The notes beneath the pieces were generated by a model that was not told where the DNA came from, did no database searches, and saw only the letters and a list, made by a program, of their open reading frames with translations. A program made the position numbers and the translations under genes. A DNA stretch of 29,367 bases from a virus (lineage: Duplodnaviria; Caudoviricetes): positions 1-29,367 of IMG/VR virus record IMGVR_UViG_3300010362_000078; one strand, given 5' to 3'. Shown in pieces: positions 8,821 through 16,547 of this stretch; position 1 is the first letter of the stretch; every line of letters starts with the position of its first letter.

Positions 8821-9286
8821 TGTTTAGCCTCTTGATGAACTTGATGTAGCTGTGCGGTCCGACTTCGTAGATGCGATAATGATATTTGCGGCCATAACCA
8901 GGACTGCCAGGTTGCGTCAAGTATTCCGAGGTGTGAGAAATGGTGCGCGTTTCCTGAACTATTTTGGCATGTGACATGATTGGAAATGGTTCGCCATTGT
9001 CCAAGTGCACGCCAACGTGGCTGATGAAACAACGCGGCGTGTAAAGCATGTGCCAATGTGGCCCAGAAATATAGCGAATGATTTCTAACTCAATGCCAAG
9101 CGAATAATTGAATTGCAACTCGGCCACGTTTTCACCTGCATTGATTGTGTTGTTGGCGAGCCAAACTTTAGATTGTGCCGTGACTTGATCGGTGATCCAA
9201 TCCGCCTTTTCCAGCCCAAGACTTTCTTTCAGTTCGGCTGCAGCGTATTGATCAATGCAGTAATAGGCAATCTGATCCATCTTCAT
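8762..9286 (-). CDS. VOC/glyoxalase-like fold protein
   Basis: MDQIAY...LGL..W...AELQF...IELEIIRYISGPHWH...ISHVGVHL resembles methylmalonyl-CoA epimerase/glyoxalase repeats. Confidence 0.55.
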   Translation of the reverse strand: MKMDQIAYYCIDQYAAAELKESLGLEKADWITDQVTAQSKVWLANNTINAGENVAELQFNYSLGIELEIIRYISGPHWHMLYTPRCFISHVGVHLDNGEPFPIMSHAKIVQETRTISHTSEYLTQPGSPGYGRKYHYRIYEVGPHSYIKFIKRLNNEQLGSDDQRNILPAAEST

Positions 9287-9966
9287 GGCGCACCATAAGT
9301 GATGTCACAGCCAGCCAAGTATTTGTGTCGCTGTTTGGAGGACAAAAGGAATGCAATGAATTCAGCCAGCGTGTTTGGATCCGTTTCCTCTTCTGCTGGC
9401 AACGCTGCTAGCTGATATTTGCGCGCTTGTTCTGGTGTCCAACCGCGCAGTTCGCAAACGCGCTGATCAATGGTCTTGCTCATGCCGGTGCCGGCAAGCT
9501 TATTTGGCGATACTGAGAATACAGTGATGCGGTGTGTCTTCATCAACTCACGTGCCAGCTGCTTGGTCATGATCCAAGCTGCGCCCTTGGAGGCGTTGTA
9601 GGCAAGGCTTGAAGTCATTGGCAAATGTGCAGCATTGGAAACAATATTGAGAACAGTGCCGCCGCGCAGCACATCAGCCAACGCTTGAGTGACCAGAAAG
9701 ATTGCCTTGGCATTGGTGTTCATAATTTTGTCAAATTCATGTTCCTTGAGCAATGGCAAATAACTCAGTCCGTTGATGCCAGCGCAGTTGATCAAAATGT
9801 CAAGTTGTTTGAATTCCTTGGCTGCATCTTCCACTTGCCGCCGGTCAGTGACATCCACTCCAGTTTCCCGGCTCCAATCGAACACATTGTCGCCGATGGC
9901 ACGCAATTCTTTGACAATGGCTGCGCCAAGGCCGGAGCTGCCGCCAGTGATGATGATTGTTTTCAC
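9283..9966 (-). CDS. Short-chain dehydrogenase/reductase
   Basis: TGGSSGLG Rossmann motif, LINCAG, catalytic S and YNASK. Confidence 0.93.
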   Translation of the reverse strand: MKTIIITGGSSGLGAAIVKELRAIGDNVFDWSRETGVDVTDRRQVEDAAKEFKQLDILINCAGINGLSYLPLLKEHEFDKIMNTNAKAIFLVTQALADVLRGGTVLNIVSNAAHLPMTSSLAYNASKGAAWIMTKQLARELMKTHRITVFSVSPNKLAGTGMSKTIDQRVCELRGWTPEQARKYQLAALPAEEETDPNTLAEFIAFLLSSKQRHKYLAGCDITYGAP

Positions 9967-10373
9967 ATTTTCCTCAACAGCGTAATGATGCCAACAGTGC
10001 GATAAGCGGCCAGCACGTCTTCCCGATCGTCAATGGCTATAATGGGAGTGAATGAATTATTCCAATATGGCCGTGCCAATTCCACCTTCAATTCCGGTGA
10101 CGGTCGGAAATCGCCGTGTGGTCGCATCAACAAGTCGTGGATTTTTACATTGTTTTGCAACAGCCAATCATTAGTAGATCTGCGCCAGTACTCTGGCCGA
10201 GTGGTGATACAAACCACTTTGAAGTCTTGAGCCATTGAATTTACCAAAGCGATCATCGGCCAAATCGGTTTGTCATTTTTTGCCAAGGCATGATAGGTGT
10301 CCCAATCACCAATGTATTGGTCACGCCACGCAGACGCTGCTAGCGTGTGGTCTAAGTCAGTGATGAGTATCAT
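9963..10373 (-). CDS. HAD-family phosphatase (PNK 3'-phosphatase-like)
   Basis: DLDHT motif I, TTR motif II, LMRP..D.RP...K, IDDR motif IV. Confidence 0.88.
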   Translation of the reverse strand: MILITDLDHTLAASAWRDQYIGDWDTYHALAKNDKPIWPMIALVNSMAQDFKVVCITTRPEYWRRSTNDWLLQNNVKIHDLLMRPHGDFRPSPELKVELARPYWNNSFTPIIAIDDREDVLAAYRTVGIITLLRKM

Positions 10374-10512
10374 TATTGATGGGCGGTTGTTGGCTGACAA
10401 TTCGGAAACCATTCTTGCCATTTTTTAAAATGACACGTTCGATTTTGCCCTCCTTGACGAGCTCGTCGATTGCTTGTTCAAACTCATCGACTGCTTGCTT
10501 AAGTTTGGTCAT
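10357..10512 (-). CDS. 51-aa hypothetical protein (not in ORF track)
   Basis: MTKLKQAVDEFEQAIDELVKEGKIERVILKNGKNGFRIV...; AAGGA RBS; ATGA overlap with the thyX-like stop. Confidence 0.55.
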   Translation of the reverse strand: MTKLKQAVDEFEQAIDELVKEGKIERVILKNGKNGFRIVSQQPPINNDTHH

Positions 10513-11243
10513 GCGGTTTCCTTTTTCAGTAAATCTGCGCCCTTAGCCAAGTTGGTGCGCAGCTCGCCCGCTGGCAGTGCGTTAGCCACTTGCTCGATCA
10601 ATGCGATGGCTTTGGCTTGTTTAGGTTCAATAAAAGTTGCTGCCCATGGCCAAGCTTTGATCGCTGCTGCTTTCATCGCTGCGATCACTTCGCGATATTC
10701 GCTTTGCACTCGCATTGAGTCACGTGCGCGTACCAAATCAACCCAAGCGCGCAGATTGTACTTGGCGATCAGATTGCAGTGTGTGTTCATTGGTAACACG
10801 CCGCGTGCGTCTTCCAGCGGACAACCGTCTTTTACCAGCTTATCATATGAAGCCAGTGCTGCGCCGAGTGTCAGCTTGTAATACAAGACGCAATCTTCCG
10901 GCACTGAATCAGGAACGTGGCAGGTCACGTCCTTCATATTGGTCACGCGCTGGCTCTGCATGGCGTAGCTAGCTTGCCGCGAGCGAGTGATCTGCTGGGC
11001 GCAAGCGCGGGAAATGCCGTTGATGGCAAAGATTAAATCGACAAATTCCCAAGAGCTGGCGATGGTGGAACTCATGTAGGTCAGCTCTTTTTGCAGCGCC
11101 AGCAATGGCATGGTCATGAATTTTTCCAGACCGTCCGGCGTCATGTTGAGCCGTGTGCCTTTGGTGAAGGCCAGCAGTCGCGCGGCGTACCAGCCTTCGT
11201 CGGTGGTGCCTTTGCCGGTGAAGTGGATCAGATCAACGTGCAT
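10509..11243 (-). CDS. thyX: Flavin-dependent thymidylate synthase-like protein (divergent ThyX)
   Basis: ISRACAQQITRSRQASYAMQSQR, EDARGVLP, NLRAW...R...QSEYR; AGGAG RBS before ATG 11243; signature His residues replaced. Confidence 0.85.
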   Translation of the reverse strand: MHVDLIHFTGKGTTDEGWYAARLLAFTKGTRLNMTPDGLEKFMTMPLLALQKELTYMSSTIASSWEFVDLIFAINGISRACAQQITRSRQASYAMQSQRVTNMKDVTCHVPDSVPEDCVLYYKLTLGAALASYDKLVKDGCPLEDARGVLPMNTHCNLIAKYNLRAWVDLVRARDSMRVQSEYREVIAAMKAAAIKAWPWAATFIEPKQAKAIALIEQVANALPAGELRTNLAKGADLLKKETA

Positions 11244-11562
11244 TGCCGTTTCTCCTGACCGCTGCCTTGGCAGCAGCGCCGATGTGTTCGCTGATTGATT
11301 TCTCTGCATAATAACCAGGACCTCCATTTGGTGGTTGATTGCCAATAGGTGCAACATAAATTCTTTTTTTGCCCCTAACTATTCGATATTCATAATGACC
11401 AGAATTTGTCATATTGCTAAATACCGATGTTATAGCGCCTTCACTAGCGCCATAATCTTTCAATCGTTCGGCGATTTTTTTCACATCATGAATTCTGTCG
11501 TGAACCATAGAACCAACAATTTGTTGATCCGTTAATCGTCCTGTAAAAATTCTACTTAGCAC
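11233..11562 (-). CDS. Hypothetical protein (AT-rich)
   Basis: AAGGA RBS, tiles in operon. Confidence 0.55.
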   Translation of the reverse strand: MLSRIFTGRLTDQQIVGSMVHDRIHDVKKIAERLKDYGASEGAITSVFSNMTNSGHYEYRIVRGKKRIYVAPIGNQPPNGGPGYYAEKSISEHIGAAAKAAVRRNGNAR

Positions 11563-11577
11563 GGCTTGGCTTCCTTG

Positions 11578-12072
11578 TTAATATGGTCGAAAATGATGAA
11601 TTGGCGCGCGACGCATGTGTGGATTTGGGCCTCTCTTTTCCACTATCCAAGTGCCTTCTTTTATAGCTCGGCGTCGCGCGGTGGCGTAGTCACGACTTCT
11701 AGCCTTTCCGGGAGGCTCAAGGATAAATGTGTCACCATCTTCCATGTCATCGAACATTCCATGTTCATCGAAAAATTTAATATGGCTGACCATGTCTGGA
11801 GGATTTTTATACCGCCATATGATGTCACTGCCGTGAAACCTGATGTAAGTCATAAAATCAGTCACATAACTTTTATCGACTTCGGGCAAGCGACCAATTC
11901 TTTCCCCAAACGCGCAAACTTGACCTTTTAGTCTTCTTCCTAAAGCCATGCATTGCCAATCTACAGTGATTGGAAATGGTGATGTGGCCTCCTTGATATG
12001 GTCATTGAGTTGTGGCCAATTGGTATAACCGAAAATTCTTATCAGCTCGCGTCTTAGTTTTGACGTTTTCAT
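11578..12072 (-). CDS. Hypothetical phage protein
   Basis: AAGGAGG RBS; 164 aa. Confidence 0.7.
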   Translation of the reverse strand: MKTSKLRRELIRIFGYTNWPQLNDHIKEATSPFPITVDWQCMALGRRLKGQVCAFGERIGRLPEVDKSYVTDFMTYIRFHGSDIIWRYKNPPDMVSHIKFFDEHGMFDDMEDGDTFILEPPGKARSRDYATARRRAIKEGTWIVEKRGPNPHMRRAPIHHFRPY

Positions 12073-12090
12073 GGTTTCCTCCTTGAATTT

Positions 12091-12519
12091 TTATAACCAT
12101 GGGGCTTGGGAGACGTAAATGTTGCCGGAGAGTGAACCGGCATAGTTGAAGCGCTCGTCGATCCACCAGTACGGTCCGTACTTTGAATCTTCGGTGGTAC
12201 GCGCGACAATGCCATTTACCCGGCGGCGAAAATCGCGCACTGTGGTCTGTGCAATGAAGCTGCCATCACGGTCAACCAGCAGCACATAACATTGCGTACC
12301 AGCTTTCTGGTCCTCTAGCTCGATGCAGTAATTGAGACCGCCTTCTGACACGGAAAAATCTTCACCTTTGTCTGAGCGTTTGCAAATCAGCACGCCAATC
12401 ATCGGGTCGAGAAATTTAATGTCATTGGGCGCGACGTTGTGCGCAACACGCTGTTCCCAATCCAGCGCTTTGCAGCTCTTGAGCTCTTCCATCCTGGACG
12501 CTAAATTTGTCTGTCGCAT
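12091..12519 (-). CDS. Hypothetical protein
   Basis: Start reassigned to ATG 12519 (TAAGGA RBS). Confidence 0.65.
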   Translation of the reverse strand: MRQTNLASRMEELKSCKALDWEQRVAHNVAPNDIKFLDPMIGVLICKRSDKGEDFSVSEGGLNYCIELEDQKAGTQCYVLLVDRDGSFIAQTTVRDFRRRVNGIVARTTEDSKYGPYWWIDERFNYAGSLSGNIYVSQAPWL

Positions 12520-12530
12520 GGCTTCGTTCC

Positions 12531-13406
12531 TTATCTTACCCGCACCATTTCGTAGCGGTCGTTGATCCATCTGCCGATCTTGCGCACATCTTGTACCAGA
12601 TCGTCCATCAACAGCTTGGGACGCCAGGTGGCGAAGCGTCCGAGTGAGAAGATGCCGTGCTTGTCGGTGGCCCAGAACATGAACTGTTTGCGCTCCTGGT
12701 CGTCTATGGGAGCGATCTTGGCATATTGCTGCTTGTGGTAGCTGATGTCTGTGAAAGCGTTCACTGGCAATCCGAGCAGCTGCGCAACACGCGCTGGCAA
12801 CTCGGCATTTGTGCCGATGCATTCCACGATCAACTCATCACCAGTGATTGAAATGCGAGAAATCGGATTGGCAGGATCTGGCACGAGCAGTGATACATAA
12901 GCGTCGCAGCTCCTGATCTTGGCGTGCATATTCACGCCGCTGTTGAAAGTGAATTTGGGGATACGATGGTATTGCAATATTGCCATCAACTTCGGCATTG
13001 GGATTGTGGAAATGACCGGCGAATGATTACCGAAAGTGTAACGGTGACGATATTCAATGTTCAGGCCTTTGCTCATGCGAGCAATCAAATCTGGCGGTGC
13101 GATCCATCGCTCGTCCACCACTGTGCCTGCGATAATGGAACGATCGGAGCGATAAACGGCGGTGTTCTTGAAAGAATAAGCCAGCGCATCGGCGATCGGA
13201 TTGGTCCATGGTGCTGTGGCCTTGATCATGGTCACGCGCTTGAAGTCAATGCCCAATGCTTCACCAACGATGTTGCTGCGGAAACGCAGCACAGCGGAAT
13301 GGTTGTTTGGCAATTCATCTTGTGCTTCGAAAATTTTATGTTGCGCCGAGCGCAGCATGTTGCCCGCCAACAGTCCAGCCAAACCAGCGCCCACAATTTC
13401 AATCAT
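12531..13406 (-). CDS. FAD-dependent oxidoreductase, UDP-galactopyranose mutase / PPO-like fold
   Basis: N-terminal IVGAGLAG..A...IFEA; VISTIPM; C-terminal SLGRFATW...MDD. Confidence 0.75.
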   Translation of the reverse strand: MIEIVGAGLAGLLAGNMLRSAQHKIFEAQDELPNNHSAVLRFRSNIVGEALGIDFKRVTMIKATAPWTNPIADALAYSFKNTAVYRSDRSIIAGTVVDERWIAPPDLIARMSKGLNIEYRHRYTFGNHSPVISTIPMPKLMAILQYHRIPKFTFNSGVNMHAKIRSCDAYVSLLVPDPANPISRISITGDELIVECIGTNAELPARVAQLLGLPVNAFTDISYHKQQYAKIAPIDDQERKQFMFWATDKHGIFSLGRFATWRPKLLMDDLVQDVRKIGRWINDRYEMVRVR

Positions 13407-13615
13407 TGCAGCGGTCCGCGTTCGTTACACACCCAGATGTTTTGAATAAATGCTGTCAATTCAATTAACACGGAGTTGCGATTTTTAACGTTTCTCAAGT
13501 GAAAAGCAATGAGTGCCGCTGCCGCATGAGCGATGTCCCATGCTGATTCATCTTTTAATTCTGATGCTAATCTTAACACCAGCTCGTCCATGTGATCGGC
13601 GTATTCGTTTGGCAT
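13403..13615 (-). CDS. Hypothetical protein
   Basis: GGAG RBS, ATGA overlap with the flavoprotein start. Confidence 0.55.
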   Translation of the reverse strand: MPNEYADHMDELVLRLASELKDESAWDIAHAAAALIAFHLRNVKNRNSVLIELTAFIQNIWVCNERGPLQ

Positions 13616-13635
13616 TGACAGCTCCGGATGGGGGT

Positions 13636-13708
13636 GGGAGCCGCGTGTGAACGCCGCGCGGCTCCCTTGCTCCTCGTTTTGCTTGTGCGGCTGGGACACG
13701 AGGAGCAA
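13636..13708 (-). other. Two abutting perfect hairpins (putative cis-acting RNA structure)
   Basis: GGGAGCCGCG/CGCGGCTCCC (10 bp) and TTGCTCCTCGT/ACGAGGAGCAA (11 bp). Confidence 0.7.
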
Positions 13709-14515
13709 TTACATTGTGTCTTGTGCTTGTTCGACGACGAGTTCCTCCTGTTGCGGTGTCTCAGCTTGTTTTTCGCCTGAGTTGAACGCTTCGAACAACC
13801 GCAGACCACGTTCAAACTCAGCAGCATCTTGCACTGGGCGCTCGCCGTTGATCTCCCAGGTGAACCAGGAGCCATATTGGTTCTGTCGCAAGCGTGTCTT
13901 CATGCGGTAAATGAATGCCCATGACGGCGCGCTCTTGCCGCTCGGCAGCAAGCGCATGTTCATGTCGGACATCCAATTCTTAGAGATGGTGTGGCCAGAT
14001 GAAGTCATTGGAATGACGTACGGCATTGGCTGCTTGCCATTGACGAGCACAAAGCCAATGTGATTGCGTGTCTGGATGACTTCATTGCCATTGGGACGCA
14101 GAAACTTTCTCCGGCCCGGATTTTGCGGATCGACAAATGGGTTGGCGTCCTCCGGCGGGTTGGTGTGCCGTGCGACGAAACCGCCACCATGATCACGCGG
14201 TATCCATTCAATCCAGTTGACGTCGAAGAAACAAGGCTGAAACAAGATGCCTTCGCTGCCCTTGACGATGGGGTTGGGCGCATTGCGCAGCCAAATGTCG
14301 GCGGCTTTGGCGCCAGGAATGTAGCGAGTGTCGTGCTCTTCCACCTGCGGAGATTGCTTCTGCAGAATGTAAACCAGCGGAACGAGATTGTCTTCTTGTG
14401 ACTTGCTCAGTCCCTGGTTGCCGTGCTGCTCCAGCTTGTCCAGCAATTCTGCCGGCAGCTGCGACGGTGATGTCACCACTTTGACTTCTTTCTTCACTTT
14501 ATTTTCTTTTGCCAT
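13709..14515 (-). CDS. Putative phage single-stranded DNA-binding protein
   Basis: QGLS...EDNLVPLVYILQKQSPQV...WIEWIPR..GGGFV...N.YGSWF; acidic C-terminal tail; position in replication operon. Confidence 0.6.
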   Translation of the reverse strand: MAKENKVKKEVKVVTSPSQLPAELLDKLEQHGNQGLSKSQEDNLVPLVYILQKQSPQVEEHDTRYIPGAKAADIWLRNAPNPIVKGSEGILFQPCFFDVNWIEWIPRDHGGGFVARHTNPPEDANPFVDPQNPGRRKFLRPNGNEVIQTRNHIGFVLVNGKQPMPYVIPMTSSGHTISKNWMSDMNMRLLPSGKSAPSWAFIYRMKTRLRQNQYGSWFTWEINGERPVQDAAEFERGLRLFEAFNSGEKQAETPQQEELVVEQAQDTM

Positions 14516-14922
14516 GCTAGTTCTCCATGCTCTGCACAATAAATTCCTTGCGCCGCTGCACCGCAGAAGCGATAAGGCTCGCCTTCTGCGCTCACTGGCC
14601 AGCGGCAGCTGTCTTGTCGCAAATCGAACAGCGTGATATTGTGTTTGCGCCGTCGTCGCAACTTTGGCTGCACCACCACTGTCACAACTTGATGGGGCTG
14701 AATGAGCAACATGCGGCGTGGCAAGCGGTGTGGCGGCAATGGCCGTCGCTGTTCGCTCACAACATGTGGTGACAACTTGAGGCGATGTGCCTTGCCGATG
14801 ATGGCGTTGCGGCTCACACGCGTTCCGGTGTGCTTGGAGACTTCATCAGCGATCAAGGAGGCGCTCATGCCTTGAGTCCACAACTCCGTGAGCAGCTCGA
14901 TGGTTTCATCATTCCATATCAC
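14494..14922 (-). CDS. gcrA: GcrA-family cell-cycle regulator homolog
   Basis: WNDETIELLTELWTQGMSASLIA...SRNAIIGKAHRLKL HTH and TLFDLRQDSCRWPV...FCG...YCAEH; GTG start overlapping upstream stop. Confidence 0.9.
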   Translation of the reverse strand: MIWNDETIELLTELWTQGMSASLIADEVSKHTGTRVSRNAIIGKAHRLKLSPHVVSEQRRPLPPHRLPRRMLLIQPHQVVTVVVQPKLRRRRKHNITLFDLRQDSCRWPVSAEGEPYRFCGAAAQGIYCAEHGELAWQKKIK

Positions 14923-15497
14923 TTGCGTTCCTTCAGGTTCACCACACGGCCGACGCTCGCACCAATCACATCGAGCGGCGGCAGTGGACGCCTGCCTTCG
15001 AATTGCTCCTTCAGCCATGCAGTGAGTGTCTTGTGGTGCACCGTTTCGTGCACTGTCGTGCTCACCGGGAAACGCTCCAGTGAGCGCAAGATGCGGGCGG
15101 CCAACGCGCGTTCATGACGCGGCAGCTCGACGGTGATTTCAGTCTTGATTAAATTCTCGTGGCCGAACTCAGTCAGCGCTGTGAATGCAGCTTGCCGCTG
15201 TTCGCTGGACCAATTGCTGGCGATGTTGGCGGAATAAAACGGCGTAAGAGTTAAGTCACACGCAGCAGAATTGCCCTGTGCCGGCAAACCGATGCGATCA
15301 ATGCCCGCCATATCCATCAAGTCTGGCAGGCGCTCGTGCATGTAATTTTTCAGCTGGCTGTTCACCGTGCGCAGGCGCTCTTCCAGGTCCGCTTTTTCCT
15401 TCAGCAGATCGCGGTAAAGCTGCGCCGCAGCGTGCGCGTCAGTCAGACGCTGCGCATTGACGGGTTTGTTGAAGTGCGGAACCGGATGATTAGGCAT
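14919..15497 (-). CDS. Conserved phage replication-region protein, unknown function
   Basis: N-terminal coiled coil, LPDLMD..G, VHHKTLTAWLKEQ..G..LP; first gene of leftward operon. Confidence 0.75.
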   Translation of the reverse strand: MPNHPVPHFNKPVNAQRLTDAHAAAQLYRDLLKEKADLEERLRTVNSQLKNYMHERLPDLMDMAGIDRIGLPAQGNSAACDLTLTPFYSANIASNWSSEQRQAAFTALTEFGHENLIKTEITVELPRHERALAARILRSLERFPVSTTVHETVHHKTLTAWLKEQFEGRRPLPPLDVIGASVGRVVNLKERK

Positions 15498-15518
15498 GTC
15501 TAAAACCTTGGCGAATGG

Positions 15519-15589
15519 AGTGTGCGCTAATTTCTCCGAAAAGGCAAATTATTTTTTTCCTTGCCTTAACTTTATTTTGGAGGCAGACT
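15519..15589. promoter_or_regulatory. Back-to-back divergent promoters
   Basis: Minus: TTGCCT-17-CACACT (15547-15519); plus: TTGCCT-17-CAGACT (15561-15589). Confidence 0.65.
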
Positions 15590-15623
15590 AGGAATTCGTC
15601 TTGGTGTGACTGCCCGAGGTTTT

Positions 15624-16547
15624 ATGAGCGCGCTCTCCGCCGCGATTGATTACGCGCGTGCCGGATTGCTGGTTTTCCCAGCGCCGCCAGGGACTAAGAT
15701 GTCGTACAAATCGGCCCGGTGGTCCGGCGGCAGGCGCTGGGGAGCCACCCGCGACGAGGAAGAAATTAAGCAGGACTGGGCGCGCTGGCCGGACGCTAAT
15801 GTGTGCATCGTCACTGGCGAGGTTTCCGGGGTTTTTATCACTGAGACAGATAATAAAGGCGATGTCAACGGCAATGCAACGCTGGTGGCGCTGCAGCGTG
15901 AAAATGGTCAACTGCCGTTGACACTACAAGCGCGCTCGCCCAGCGGCTCCATTCATTATTATTGGCGCTATCCAACCGACGGCCGAGTGGTGCGCAATGA
16001 CGTTGGCCGCAAATTGGGTGTTGGTGTTGATGTGCGCGGGGAAGGTGGCATGGTGGTCGCACCACCATCAGTGCGTGACGGCAGAAAATATGAATGGCTC
16101 AATGAAGGAACTGTTATTGCCAACGCGCCGGGATGGCTGCTGCAGCGGGTAGCAGAACTTTTTTTGCCAGAGTGTGAAGGCGGCGGCGAAGAATGGCCGG
16201 TGAACATTGAAATAGTGGCGGCGGCCGTGAAGATCATTCCGACTGAGCTGAGTTGGCACGAGCGCAACCGCATTGGCATGGCCATTTGGGTCGCCACGCG
16301 TGGTGAAGGATTTGCGATCTGGGACGAATGGCTGCAACGCTCCGGCAAATATGATCGCGCGCATGCGCTCAAGCGCTGGCGCGGCATTTCCACATCAAGG
16401 CCGAATGATATTGGCATGGGCACGCTGGTCTACCATGCCAATCGAGTCAATGAAAATTGGCTGGACGAATATGACCAGCGGGTGCAGGAAGCGCTATTGC
16501 GCACAAACAGGAGAGCTGTCCGTGACCGACAATGTGATTCGATTTGA
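15624..16547 (+). CDS. Bifunctional DNA primase/polymerase (Prim-Pol) with PriCT-2 domain
   Basis: VFP...GATRD...WP.ANVCIVTG..SG, SPSGSIHYYW, GVDVRGEGGMVVAPPS; C-terminal IGMAI...WDEW..SGKY...W. Confidence 0.9.
   Translation: MSALSAAIDYARAGLLVFPAPPGTKMSYKSARWSGGRRWGATRDEEEIKQDWARWPDANVCIVTGEVSGVFITETDNKGDVNGNATLVALQRENGQLPLTLQARSPSGSIHYYWRYPTDGRVVRNDVGRKLGVGVDVRGEGGMVVAPPSVRDGRKYEWLNEGTVIANAPGWLLQRVAELFLPECEGGGEEWPVNIEIVAAAVKIIPTELSWHERNRIGMAIWVATRGEGFAIWDEWLQRSGKYDRAHALKRWRGISTSRPNDIGMGTLVYHANRVNENWLDEYDQRVQEALLRTNRRAVRDRQCDSI

Noticed and set aside
323-15460. Numerous plus-strand ORFs over the left arm (and minus-strand ORFs over the right arm)
   Set aside because: They overlap well-supported, tightly tiled genes on the opposite strand and lack motifs or RBSs.
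16273-16521. N-terminal extension of the 628-aa ORF / possible primase-helicase frameshift fusion
   Set aside because: A good RBS and GTG at 16522 explain an independent start; no slippery sequence noticed.
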